From: Cetorhinus maximus
Lineage: Eukaryota
Direction of reading: 5' to 3'
Assembly (NCBI RefSeq): GCF_964194155.1
Contig: NC_135894.1
Location: forward strand, 89,280,001-89,344,000
DNA: 64,000 bases
The notes below the pieces were generated by a model. It did no database searches, was not told where the DNA came from, and was given only the letters and a program-made list of their open reading frames with translations. Below, piece by piece: positions 49,916 through 62,499 of the stretch. A program made the translations under genes and the position numbers. How positions within the stretch are numbered: the first letter of the stretch is position 1; each line of letters begins with the position of its first letter.

Positions 49916-51384
49916 GGGAGGGACACTCCTGGGCAGAAAGTGGGAAGAGGACTTGAAGGGACATCAGGGATGGGGTTCCAGCCAGATTGGGAGAGGGAGG
50001 CCAGAAGACCTGAAAGTACCAGAAATCCTTAAGGAGTCCACGAGGGATGGGGAAGGCATACTCCTTCTCCTCCACAAGGAGTTCTAAAAGGTGAAGATCT
50101 TGATTATTTTATACTGTCAGTTGGTACCTCCCATTTTGGATGTGTTGCCCTGCATCTGTTCCTCTAGACTTCCCCTGGCATTCAATTTCATTTGTGTCAC
50201 AGTGCCCGTGACATGGTCAGGCTCTGACTTGTTGACGTTTTCTCGTTCCACCTCTGGTCTTGAACAGGAACCTCCTGATGGCCTAATTTGTGCTAGGAAG
50301 GAGTTAAATGGCAGCAGTTTGGAGTCAGGAGGTAGATTTTTAAAAGTTTACCTTCACCCCATGCACCATTTCTGCTGCCTTGTGAGGAGAGTTAAAATTG
50401 ATATAATTAATCACGTTGAAGTCTGTGTTCAAGTGCAAAACTTGGCAGCCATTTTGTAGTCTACAGGATTCCACAAATAGCAATGAGATGACTGACCAAA
50501 CAGTTGGTTTTTAGTTTTGTTGGCTGAAGGAGAAAAATTGGTCAGGACATTGAGTGAATTCCATTATTCAGTAGTGCATTTTTCAATGCCCATGTGAGTG
50601 ATCAAAGGAGGCAGACAGGGCAAGGCAACACTATTAGGAGGCAGGCCAATTCCAGCTTTGACGCAAACAAAAAGGTCCTATTAAATGGGAAATATTTAAT
50701 AGGGCTATCAATTGTATTGTGGTTCTTCTTTTTGCCCTTGCCCCTCTGGAAGTTCCCGAGCTTCACTCAGCAGCTGCCCACAGCAGCATGATCGAAACCT
50801 CTGCTCACTCCAAGGAAATCACCAGCAGAAAACCCCATCCCAACACTGCGTGAAGTGACGTTTGACAGAGTTCCAGAAGGTGAGCCTCGAGTGAGAGAAT
50901 CTATACATGGCTGGTGCGCTCCTTGCAAAATGGACATTCTCATTCTGACACCCAGATCCAGAACGGATAATTAAAAAGCAGTCTGCGGTGACCTGGCACC
51001 ATCACTGGCATCGATGTGATGTGGCACAGAGCAGGAGGATCCAAATAGAGAATTAACAAGTGATACACGAGGTGTGGACAGTGAAACGGGTACCCAGCAG
51101 AAGTAATTAATGCCCTGTTGGTTAACTTCACCAAAAAAAAAAGCTGGATTAGTATCTGGTTCACAGTGGGACTGAGAATTATAAGGATAATTACAGACTG
51201 GAATGATCCGCTACTCCCTTGAATACAATGGCTCTTCTGCTGCTGTCATCTACTGAAAGGATTTGGCCAGGTTTAAAAATAGAGGTATAAATAGTGTGAC
51301 AATTTGCTTAGCTGTGCTAAAAGGTTGGGAAGAAAATTTAAAGAAACTTTCTCTCAAGTGATTGTATCGTGGACTCCTTGACAA

Positions 51385-52072
51385 TGTAAATTGTACACTT
51401 GAGTGTAGATGATTGAGGGGTGACCTGTTTGAGGTGTCTAAAACATTAAAAGGGTTCAATAGGGTAGATACAGAGAAACTATATTTCCTCTGATGGCATA
51501 ATCAAGAAGGAGGGGACATAATCTTAAAATTGTAGCCAGGCCATTTGGGAGGGACATTAGGAAACTGTTCATCACACAAGAGGTAATAGAAATCTGGAAC
51601 ACTTTCCCTGAGATGCTGTGGATTCTGGGGACAAGTGGAGCTTTATCATAGAATTATAAAATGATACAGCAAAACAGGAGGCCCTTCAGTCCATCATGCC
51701 TTTGTCAGCTCTTTGTACAGCATGACTTAGGTTTCCTGTAAAATGACTTAGGTTGACTTATTGCTGTTAGATTTTTGGTCGTGCCTTCCTCCTGATGGGA
51801 TGGAAAGCAGGAGACATTAAACAACAAGAGGATTGCTTTGCACCATCATCCCTTTTGTCATGTAATGTCTCCTTCCCTCCACCTGATCACATGCCTCCTC
51901 TTTTTCTCTTTCCTTCCACCCCCCTTTACCTGTCTCTGAACTTGCTTCAAAGCTGAAACTTCTCTAACTTTTTCCAGTGAAAGGCCAGCGACCTGAAATG
52001 TTAAATCTGAGTTTCTCTCTTCAGACGCACCCTGACCTGAGTGTGTCCAGCACTTTTAGTTGTAATTTCAGT
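51385..52072 (+). mobile_element. Degenerate CR1 3' fragment (~51385-51720) and degenerate Penelope P1 tail (~51810-52072)
   Basis: GATTGAGGGGTGACCTG..GAGGTG...; CCTGAAATGTTAA...CCTGACCTGAGTGTGTCCAGCAC. Confidence 0.65.
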
Positions 52073-52543
52073 TAAAATCCTTATTTGATTTCTTATTTGA
52101 TCCAAAGCCAGTCTCCTAACTCCTCAGTGACCCACATTCATTTGAGCTGCTGTACTATTGTGTAAAACACATCATTTGCCTTTTTTTATATATGTTATGG
52201 TTATGGAGGGGGAGGGGGAGGGGGAGTTTAAGCATGGCTACTTTTTATTTAAAGCACTCACCCAATGGGTAGAATCGTCCCAGGTTTGCACTAAGTGCGG
52301 TAGCGAGTGGGTAAAACGATGTTTTACCCGTTGGCCGCAATGGCGGCTTTTCACGCTGTATCGTCCCAAGCCCGCCGCATTAATAATGCATTCCCGGGAA
52401 ACACGTCGTTTCCACGGCGGGTGGGCTCTCATTCACCCGCCGCGCCATCACCTCGCTGCTTCAGCGCGCCGGGCGTCATATTTAAAGTCCAGCCGCGTGC
52501 TCACCTCTCGGTGCTTCCAGTCCACGGCTGCTGCAAAGAAGAC

Positions 52544-53185
52544 ATGGCCATGAAAGGTTAAAAGGCTGTAGTCCCCAGGTTCAATGATGGGTCCCTCAAG
52601 GGCCTTTTGGATGCAGTGGAGGCTGGCCGTGATATCCTCTACCCCCACTCTGACTGCAGGGTGGGCAGCAACCCATTTGGCTTGGGAGGTGATGGCAGCA
52701 GTGGTCAGCTGCAACACCCTGAAAAAGAGGACAGCCACCCAGTGCCACTACAGAATGAGTGGTCTCATCCATTCCGCCAGGGTAATTCACTTTTCTCATC
52801 ACTCTCAACTCACACACTCACAAACCCATCGCACATCCACAGGGATCTCATGCCTCAAGAGGCAACACCCACTAACTCCCACACACACCCTCACATCTCC
52901 ATCAGGCTCATACCCTCTCAAGCTCACATACTCATCCTGTACATGGCTCTGCTCACCACACAAGTATTCCACACAATGCCTTGTGTCCTGCTCACACTCT
53001 CTCCATCTGTTTTCATGTAGGAGAAGCCTTCTCACATCAGCAGGAAGAGGTCCTGCAGTGGGGGTGGAGCTGCCCACATTAGACCCCTCACTTACTTTGA
53101 GGAGCGTGCCATCGCGCTGACTGGTGAGGACATAAATGTCTGGGGTGACTGTGAGGCACCGCATCATCCCTCTCCCAATGCAAAT
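52544..53185 (+). pseudogene. Myb/SANT-like DNA-binding protein gene (Harbinger accessory ORF), exons ~52544-52781 and 53021-53185, further exon from 53255
   Basis: PRFNDGSLKGLLDAVEAGRDILYP...AWEVMAAVVSCNTLKKRTATQCHYRMSGLIHSAR|GTAATT; acceptor TTTCATGTAG|EKPSHISRKRSCSGGGAAHIRPLTYFEERAIALTGED; donor GTGAGT at 53186. Frameshifted. Confidence 0.75.
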
Positions 53186-53703
53186 GTGAGTGCTCTGTCT
53201 CTCCAGCTTTTGACTCTGCTGCCATGCGCTAATTATCTCTACTTTGGTTCTCAGGGAGCTCTGCCAAGCGACTGACACCCTCAGCCAGCCAGTCCCTCAG
53301 CTCCATCCACGTCCTCACCTCCAGCCAAGAGGACATCTCCTCCATTGAAAAGCTGGAAATAAGCAGCCTGGAAGACCCATCACAGCGCTTACCCACACCC
53401 TCCACCAGCCCTGAGACACACACCTCAGTGTTACCTCGATCTTGAGCAGGCTCGGGTTCACAACCTGGTGGTCACTGCACGGACAGGTGTCCACAGCAAC
53501 AGGAGGCAGGATCGTGCCTGGCATCCCTGGCACTCGGAGGATGGCTGGGATTAGGCACCTGTGGGGTCTGAGTCAAATGATGAGCCTCTAGATTTGGCCT
53601 TCCAACCCATCCTGGAGAGTCAGCAGGAGGCGTGGGAACATTACACAGAGCTGTTGGATGTCCCCAGCAGAGTGGCACATGAGTCAGAGGAGTGTGACTG
53701 CCT

Positions 53704-53890
53704 AAACAAAAATAAAAATACCTGGAAAAACACCTCTTTTCTATTTTTCCTTAGTTCTGTTGAAGAGTCATATGGACTCGAAACGTTAACTGTGTTCCTC
53801 TCCGCAGATGCTGCCAGACCTGCTGAGTTTTTCCAGGTATTTTTATTTTTGTTTTGGATTTCCAGCATCCGCAGTTTTTTGCTTTTATCT
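53704..53890. mobile_element. Young Penelope P1 tail insert with 5' inversion and perfect 14-bp TSD
   Basis: GAGTGTGACTGCCT at 53690-53703 and 53891-53904. The body is nearly identical to 5822-5978. Confidence 0.92.
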
Positions 53891-54529
53891 GAGTGTGACT
53901 GCCTGCTCTCTGATGAAGTGGTGCCCACATGTGCATATGTGTCTCCATGGGGAGGATGGCAGACGCCATGGAGACCTGGTCTAGCAGAATGCGGAGATGT
54001 ATGTAGACCTGCACTCCATCACAAGAGTTCCTGCAGTGGCAACATGAGAGGGAAACAGGCACCTCTCCGTCCCCTCAGGTGCTCCTTCCCCTCAAGATCT
54101 CAGGCCAGGGCCCCTGGGCCCGAAGGGAGGAGGAGTGGCAGCTGGACACCCCTGGGTCATCCACTCAGGAATCTCAGAGGCTGTCCTCTCCCTCCGAGTC
54201 CCCTTTGCCTGTAAGCCCCTCAACCTCATCCTCTGTCACTGCAGAGGGAGCAGCTGGCCAACGAGTGGTTCTGGAGAGAGAAGCGTGCGTGTGACAGGGC
54301 CTTTCAGAGCCTCGTACAAGCTCTCTCCCACACACGCGGATCCTTCACGTATCAGACTCACCTCAATGTCCTGAGCATTTTGAATGCTGTCTGCTGGGGT
54401 TCGCTTACTTGTCCATCTGAGCTGACCTGCCTCTCTGCCCACCCAACGATCACACTCCCATGCAGCACATGGTCCCGCCCACCATGACTGTCATTTCATT
54501 TTTGATTTGGAAGCATGGTCTGCATTCAG

Positions 54530-55045
54530 TTTCCCGTGCTTTCCCCCATCTATTCCCCTCTCCCAGTCACCCATTTCCTTTCCCCCATCGCAGTTGACCC
54601 CCCTGGCATCACCTTCCACCCCCCATCCTGACCTACCAGCCACAACTCTTTTCCTTCGGGGATGTCCAGGTGAATGTGCACATTTCTGTCCTTCCTGAAA
54701 ATCCCACCCCCATCCACATTCACCTCCCCGGCCTCCTCCTTCCCACCCCCAGAGCCTGTGTCTGTCTCTGAGCCTCCACCAACCACCCTAGCCTTCCTGA
54801 CTCCTTCCTCCAATTTTAATTCTTCCTCCCCCCCGGGCTCCCTCCCCTCTCCACACTCCTTCCTCCCCCTGGATTTCCTCTCCTCTCTGCATTCCTTCCT
54901 CCCCCTGGATTCCCTCACGCCTCCCAAACTCACCCCTCTGACACCGTCATTCCCCCGCCCCCCCCCCAACAATGCCCCCCCCCGAGTACCTCTTCCTCTC
55001 CCAGTTGCCCCTCGACCTGCCTCTCCCTCCCCCTCGACCATCATC
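54530..55045. repeat. Pyrimidine-rich (C/T) low-complexity tract with short internal duplication
   Basis: TCCTTCCTCCCCCTGGATT occurs twice (~54858 and ~54893). Confidence 0.85.
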
Positions 55046-55784
55046 CGTTATGAACATCAATGGTGACTTTCCAACTTCCATGAGCTGCTTCACAGCAGAG
55101 CCATGCCAATGAGAATCCACTCAGCGTACCATGGACGTTCCTCCAGTGTGCTGTTGCTATTGGGCTCCAGCATCTTCTGCTCCTCAGATGTCCGCATTGT
55201 GAGCAAGGCCCTGGTGGTAAGTCCTGACTTTTGCACGTCACAGTTGTCAAGGCATATTCTCTACGGGGATGTTTTACAGCCGACGTGGGTAGACAATCCA
55301 ATGCCGGGGGAATGAGTCTGGCGGGCTGGCCTTATAATGACACGCTGATGTGTTACAATGATGTTCTCGATGTCCGATGGTGGGGAACGCGGCCGGCCAT
55401 CGGTGGCCTGAGTGTACAATCACAAACTGGTTTTACGATGTCGTGAAACCGATTTTTGGCCTTCTCACCATATTATCCACTCACGCAATCGAACATGGCC
55501 AATGCCAGCGGGAACAGAAAATCCCATCCAAGTGTACATAAAAAAAAATCCCTCTCAACCTTACTTACTTCAGTGGAGATCTTTGGTCTTCGAACTGCTG
55601 CATTGACAAGAAAGTGGCTATAACCTAGAGCTACTTATTCATTTTAAAGAGGTACACAATTTGGAAGCAATCTGAGAGCCTTCAGGAGCAATTGGAGTTT
55701 GTTGTAACCAGTAGTGTTTCTTTTCTGGATTTGAGTTGCTTTAGATCAGGTCCTCCATTATAGTAACATAATATATAGCAAAAG

Positions 55785-55985
55785 GCCATAAGGAACCATA
55801 GGCATCTCTCTCTCTGTTAGCTTGAGGGGCATCACTCCACATCAAGCGTGGGGCAAGGCAAGGAGGCAGTCCTCCAGTCTAAATGAACTACCATAGCTGG
55901 TACAGGGAATTGAACCCACACTGTTGATGTCATTCTGCCGCACTCCAGCCATTTGGCAAATTAACCAGGGGGAGCTAACCAACCC
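55785..55985 (-). mobile_element. Probable tRNA-derived SINE remnant
   Basis: Minus-strand B box GGGTTCAATTCCC (~55905-55917). Confidence 0.45.
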
Positions 55986-56829
55986 CCACAATCTTCCATC
56001 ATGCCAATTTTTTTCTCTTTATTTTGGGAATAGTGAGGGCCCATTACCTTCTTTTCCTCCCTTATATGTCCGCTCATCCTTGGCAGTCTATGTGGTATGT
56101 GTGAAGCATCATGTTCCAATGTCCCAGGTTCCTGACCAGCTGCCTTATGGAAAAACCCTATTTTCTTTTCTCCTGCCCCTGTACTTGATCTCCATCATCT
56201 CCTTCCCCACAATAACCTGGCAGAGTGGTCAATCACCTCTACATCCAAATTTCCTGCACTGCCATCACATAATTCTTAATAAAGAGAAGCCAACTAGTCA
56301 GTAGCCTCGATACCAGCTCTAAGGTTACCATGGCATTTTCAGCATTTTCACTGCGCAGCTCATTTTTACACCCAAGAGATGAACTTCTGACAGCTTCTCT
56401 TTTTTTTGATTCTCCAGCTATCTCCTTCTACTTGCCACACTGCCCCCGTGTCTCTAGAGTTACGTTCATTCAGGTTTGTATACGAACCATTCCCACATTC
56501 GAATGAAGGACCCAAGTGTTTCACGGTTATGAGACTATTCTGTTCATCAGTGAATTAACCTCATCTAAAGCATTTCCATGCAAAACACGCACATTATGTG
56601 ATAACACTGCCTTTGGGAGCTCAATATTAATAATGGGGTCTATGAACTTGGCTGGCTGTCCCATGTAGCATGAAAAAAATCAGAAGCCAGGGTTTAACAT
56701 GTATAATTTAGCACCATGTCTCAGAGAGTAACAAGGATAGGGTATTATCTAAATATTACTGCACTTAACCAAAATCAATTTGATGTTGGACTCTTTCTTG
56801 ATGTTTTATGGCTACCTTACCTATATCCA

Positions 56830-57150
56830 TCGCAGCTTCCTCCAAAACCTCCAAACCCACAACCACAGCCGCCTAGAAGAACAAGGGCAGCAGGCACATA
56901 GGAACACCACCCGTGGAAGTCCCCCTCCAAGCCACACACCATCCTGACTTGGAAATATATCGCCGTTCCTTTGCTGTCGCTGGGTCAAAATCCTGGAACT
57001 CCATCCCTAACAGCACTGTGGGTGTACCTACACCACAGGGACTGCAGCGGTTCAAGAATGAGGCTCACCACCACCTTCTCAGGGGTAATTAGGGATGGGC
57101 AATAAATGCTGGACTAGCCAGCAATGGCCACATCACATTTAAAAAAAAAT
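56830..57150 (+). mobile_element. CR1-group family B 3' fragment
   Basis: CCATCCTGACTTGGAAATATATCGCCGTTCCTT...GGGCAATAAATGCTGG. Confidence 0.9.
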
Positions 57151-58259
57151 CCTCCTGCTGCTGGTCTCCCCATGGTAAACATAGTCCTTGCATGAGGAAC
57201 AATACCAATTGTGAAAATTGGTGGGTGGTTTTTTGAGAGTGATGACTCACCCTCCAATTTTTTGTTTCCCTCCATATGCGGGAGCAACAGGCTTCCATTT
57301 GTGACTCACCAAAGTGAAACTACTTGTTGTGAGCTCAGAAATCTCCCCAAAACCCCTCTCTTAATCCGTGCCCCTGTCCAAACACAACTTCTCTGGTTCC
57401 TTTATTTTTCCCTCCATCCATTACAAGCATGGCTAAAATTGGCAGGTCGTTGTAAGTAGACTTGCAGGTCTGTGAGCCACGATTACATGGCAAAACAAAT
57501 GGAACATCAGTGCACCGCCTATTGCCACTGTTGGATAGAGCTGCTTCGTTTCCAGGCTCTTTCTCAGCCAGTGCAGTCAGAATTAGATGTTAATTCTCAT
57601 GCAACACGATGCAAAACTCCTATTGGTATATTTAAATGCACATGGGATTGATTTATTTTTGAAAATAACATTTTGGGATCCAGGTTAAGAGTAATTTGAT
57701 ACAGGGCATGTCGTAACCACAGAATCTTGAGAGGAACAAGTGACTTTGGACCTATAGTTCCCACAGATCTCCACCACTGGGGTTTTCCTTGTATTGTTCC
57801 TAGGTTTGTTGTAGGCTAATTGATAGAGATTAATTGCTATGATTAGTCAGCAGCTCCCATTATTGTTGTATCATGTGTCACTATATCACTAGTGTGGTCA
57901 AAGGCAAACAAGATCTTGGCCTTTTTCTCCTCCAGCAACCCCTATTTTCAAAACTTTTGGCTTGGTAATGAGTTTTCTTTTTCTTCATCCCATTGCACGC
58001 CTTTTACCACAACACTTCTTGCTTTAAGGAAAGAACAGTCTTTACTTGGAGCTTACCACAGCTGCTGTCAATTCTGAATTGAGGTAAGCCAACAGGAGGC
58101 ACCATTCCATAGAGCTCAGCTATGGCAAAGGCCAATTCTATAAAGTACCACTGGACCATTTTTGGCTTGTCTTGATTCACTTTCAGTTTTTAATTTGTTG
58201 AAATTGTTTCCTGCATTTACCATTGGCCTGCAACTGCATATGCTCATCTTAAAGACAAA

Positions 58260-58852
58260 GGGCGGAATTTTCATGCCCGCTGATGTCAGGCGTGTTTGGA
58301 CAATATGGCGAGAAGGCCAAAAATCGGTTTCACAACATCGTGAAACCAGTTTGCAATCGTCTGCTCTGCCTGTCAATAGCGGGCCAAATTTCCAGCTGTC
58401 AGCATATCATTATAAGCCCAGCTCACTGGAATCATCCGAACACACGCCAATGTTTTACAACTGTACATAAGCAACGTGCACCTGGTGAGCTGCACTTCGC
58501 TTGGGACCTGAGGCTTGTTTCCCTACCTTGATTTGGGCAGCACTTGCAGTCACCCGCGCCAGGCTTCACAGGCAGCACCACATCATGTTTAGGGGGGTCA
58601 CAGGCAGGTCTCTATCTGCCAGACCAGCCATGAGGCGAGGGTGGCTTTGCAATGGCTATAGAGCTAGGGCTTGCTTGGGGAAGGTGGAGAAGTGGCCTCA
58701 GACAAGGGAAGAGGCTGCAGGACGACAGCTGTACTGGGGAAGTTGGGTATCCCAGGGTGTGTGTGGGGGCATATGTTAATCTGTGCATGTGGCTTCAAGA
58801 TGGTGATGCCTGAGGAGGCAGTCTCCAGAGGTGATGAGGCTAGATGGAGGTG
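58260..58852 (-). mobile_element. Harbinger-like element right end (inverted relative to the 52267 and 60398 copies)
   Basis: GGGCGGAATTTTC...GAAGGCCAAAAATCGGTTTCACAACATCGTGAAACCAGTTTG is the reverse complement of ~55425-55529; 58560-58850 is the reverse complement of ~61010-61310. Confidence 0.75.
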
Positions 58853-60128
58853 TGAAGGTAAAGCGCCTAATCAGAAGATGAGATGCTGTTCTTCCAGCTT
58901 GTGTTGGGCTTCACTGGAACAAGGACAGAAATATGAGCATGAGAGCAAGATGATGAATTGAAATGGCAAGCGACCAGAGGGTCAGTGTCATGCTTGCGGA
59001 CTGAGTGTCTGCAAAGCGGTCATCCAACCTGTGTTTTACCTCCCTAATGTAGAGACCACTTATGAGCAGTGAACACACTGAATTGAAAGAAATACACATA
59101 AATCACTACTTGACCTGAAAGGAGTATTTGGGGCCTTGGATGGTGAGGAGAGAGGAGGTAAAAGGGCAGCTGTTACACGTCCTGGCATTGCATGGGATGG
59201 CGCCATGAGAAGGGGACAAAGTGTTGGAGGTGATTGAGGAGTGAAATTTTGAAAGGGGTGCAGGAGCAGAAAGACCTGGGTGTATATGTGCACAGATCAT
59301 TGAAGGTGTAGGACAGGTGGAGAGAGCAGTTAATAAAGCATACAGTATCCTGAGCTTTATTAACAGGGGCATAGAGTACAAGAGCAGGGAGGTTATGCTG
59401 AATTTATATAAGACACTTGTTTCTGGAATATTGTGTACAGTTCTGGGCGCCATATTATAGGAAAGATGTGAACACATTGGAGAGAGTGCAGAAGAGGTTT
59501 ACAAGAATGGTTCCAGGGATGAGAAACTTCAGCAATAAGGATAGACTGGAGAGGTTGGGACTGTTCTCCTTGGAGAGGAGAAGGCTAAGAGGAGATTTGA
59601 TAGAGATGTTCAAAATAATGAGGTGGCTGGACAGAGTAGTGAAAGGATCAAGAATGAGAGGGCACAGATTTAAATTGATTTGCAAAAGAAGCAAATGTTG
59701 TGTGAGAAAGAAATTTTTCACACCACAAGTGGTTCGGGTCTGGACTGCACTGCCTGGAAATGTGGTGGAGGCAGGTTCAGTTGAGGCATACAAGAGGGCA
59801 TTAGGTTATTATTTGAATAGAAACAATGTGCAGGGGTATGAGGAAAAGGCAGGGCAATGGCACTAGGTCATAATGCTCATTTGGAGAGCTGGTGTAGACA
59901 CGATGGGCCAAAGGGCCTCCTTCTGTGCTGTTAAAATTTCTGTGATTCTGGGTGTCACAAAGGAAACGGTCCCTTCGGAACGCTGGCAGGAGAGGGGAGG
60001 AATAGATGTGTTTGGTGGTGGCATCATGCTGGAGGTGGCGGAAATGGCAGAGGATGATCCTTTGAACGTGGAGGCTGGTGGGGTGGAAAGTGAGGACAAG
60101 GGGAATGTAATCGCAGTTCTGGAGTGGC
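58853..60128 (-). mobile_element. Penelope P1 fragment split by a CR1 insertion (59244-59950, +)
   Basis: YIPLVLTFHPTSLHVQRIILCHFRHLQHDATTKH (59951-60128) and CNSCPFTSSLLTIQGPK / GLYIREVKHRLDDRFA (58853-59243). The CR1 insert encodes LEYCVQFWAPYYRKD. Confidence 0.9.
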
Positions 60129-60397
60129 TGGAACCGCACCTCTTAATTAGCAAAATGGACGGATGTGGACTTATGGTGTTGGAATTGCGCATCCAAACTC
60201 ATCTCACTACTTCCTCAGCCGTCACAGGAAAATGCCAATTGTCTCCTGCCTTCCTGCTACATCATATGCTGTCCACATGGGCTAATTGTCTTAATGCAAT
60301 ACACCCACTTTAAGTGGTGGGGACTGTATTAATAAACGTATTTGTATCTCTTTTTATCATATGCAGGACCATATAGCAATTCAGGTAAATTTACTTC

Positions 60398-61655
60398 GGG
60401 CTGAATTGTCCCAGACCTGCACCAAGTGTAGTAGCGGGTGGGAGAAAGGACATTTTACCCGCCAGCCGCAATGGCGGCGTTTCACGCCGTATCATCCCAA
60501 TCCCACCTCATTCCAGGCATTCCTGGAAATACGCAGTTTCAAAGGCGAGTGGGCTCTGATTCACAAGCCATGCCGTCACCTCACTGCCTCATCACGCCAG
60601 GCGCCACAGCCACGCGCACACCTCTCAGTCCTTCCAGCCCAGGACTGCTACAAAGAAGACATGGCCCCAGTAGGCAAGAAGGCCGCAGCCCTTGGTTTAA
60701 TGACGCATCCCTCGAGCGCCTTTTGGACGCCGTGGAGGCCCACTGTGATGTCGTCTACCCCCGCTCTGCAGGACGGGCAGCAACATCACCACTCCATCAT
60801 GGCAGGCGATGGCAGTGATGTTCAGTGCCAATGCTGCACAGAAGAGGTTGGCCATCGAATGCAAATAGAGGATGAATGATCTCATCCGTGCAGCCAGGGT
60901 ATGGCAACAATCTCTTCACTCTAAACTCACACGCTCAAGCCCATCACACATTCACTGGCATCTCACTCACTGCCAGCTCAAAGGACATCACCATCCATTC
61001 TCACACACACCCTCACATGTCCATATAGCGTCATCTCCTCTGGAGACTGCCTCTCAGGCATCACCATCTTGAAGACACTTGCACAGATCAACATGTGCCC
61101 CCCCCACACACACCCTGGGTTACCCTCCTTCCCCAGTACAGCCCTCACCCTGCAGCCTCTTCCCTTATCTGAGGCTACTTCTCCCCTTTCCCCAAGCAAG
61201 CCCTAGCTCTGCAGTCATTGAAAAGCCACCCACATGCTTCTGATCTGGAAGGTAGAGACCTACCTGTAAGCCCCCCTAAAAGTGATGTGGTGCTGCCTGT
61301 GAAGCCTGGCGCTGATGACTGCGAGTGCTGACCAAAGCAAGGTAGGCAAACAAACCTTGAAGTCCCGACCAAATTGCAGCCCGTCAAGTTCACATTGTGA
61401 AACACGTCGGTGTGTTTTCCCGCAGACAATTGAGTGCAGGGGGAGGGGGGGGCGTGGATGAGTCTGGCGATCTGACTTAATAATTGTATTACAATGAGGC
61501 CCCTGACATCTGATGGTGGAGAATACGGCTCACCATCGGCAAGCTGAGTGGATGACCGCAAACTGGTTTGATGCTGTCGTGAAACCAATCGCACCACATT
61601 GTCCGCTCACGCCACCGAACATGCCCAATGCCAGCGGGCACAGAAAATCCCAGCC
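60398..61655 (+). mobile_element. Shorter Harbinger-like copy with Myb exon 1 remnant (60661-~60898)
   Basis: MAPVGKK...WFNDASLERLLDAVEAHCDVVYP...MNDLIRAAR|GTATGG; termini GGGCTGAATTGTC / rc GGCTGGGATTTTC. Confidence 0.72.
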
Positions 61656-61679
61656 ATTGATTTCAATAATTTCAGACAG

Positions 61680-62165
61680 TGGAGTCTGGCTCCCATTTGG
61701 ATTCTGCTTTTTTTGTCATGTGCCCAATTAGTATCTTGTTTTCCATGTTTTTCCTTTTGGACAGAGCTGTTCATTATTCTGCCATTCACACTCACTCTGG
61801 GGACAGTTAAACATGAATCCTTTATTCTTATCTCTTCCTACCAGACTGTCTCTGCAGGTACTTGTATGTAAGGTAGCCTCAAGTGGACAAAATGCACTGT
61901 GCAATTTTTGATACATTACAACATATCTGTTATTGAATCTCTCCCATCCTCTACCCTATCCCAGAGCTTCCCTTTTGTTCTTCCTCTGCCTCCTCCCTTT
62001 CAATGGCATAAAACCCAAGACATTTATACTTTCCCTCATTTCTGATGAAGAGTCGTATTCGATGGGAACGTTAACTCCACAGATACTGCTAGACCTGCTG
62101 AGTTTTTCCAGCATTTGGTCTTTATTTCAGCTTTGCAGCATCCACTGTATTTTGCTTTTATTTAA
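61680..62165 (+). mobile_element. Degenerate Penelope P1 3'UTR/tail
   Basis: TCTGATGAAGAGTC...ACGTTAACT...CTAGACCTGCTGAGTTTTTCCAGCA. Confidence 0.7.
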
Positions 62166-62499
62166 GGGCTTTTAGTGTTGTGTTTGCAAGTATCTGATGC
62201 TCTTTGCATGGAACAACCCTAAAAACCTATTGACGGTACCCTGTCCAAACAATTTTTTTCCCTGCTTTGAATGGTCTGCAATAAGAATGGGTAATTGGCC
62301 CTGCTCTACTGGACGTGACTATGCTGCATAATACAACGAGGGACCATCAGGTTGCAGTTGGGATATGTATCTGCACATCAGCGAAATGGTTTGATCTCTC
62401 AAGACTGCGAGCGCTGACTAAAATCTCCAGACAAATCCAACAAGAACTTTTGTACACTGATGGCTGTGGCCTCAAGGCACATTCCTTGGGAACCTTCAG

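Larger units (their letters stand above)
52267..55529 (+). mobile_element. PIF/Harbinger-like DNA transposon remnant with spliced Myb/SANT-like gene
   Basis: Degenerate termini GGGTAGAATCGTC / rc GGATGGGATTTTC; both ends are shared with the copy at 60398-61655. CpG-rich subterminal regions. Confidence 0.7.

Noticed and set aside
53561-54214. 217-aa ORF
   Set aside because: Chance read-through across a Penelope insert within the Harbinger-like remnant.
54550-55066. Pro-rich and Gly/Glu/Arg-rich ORFs
   Set aside because: Artefacts of a C/T low-complexity tract that lacks stop codons.
57660-57910. Possible old interspersed repeat
   Set aside because: Single occurrence in the window with no diagnostic motif; cannot be classified without a database.
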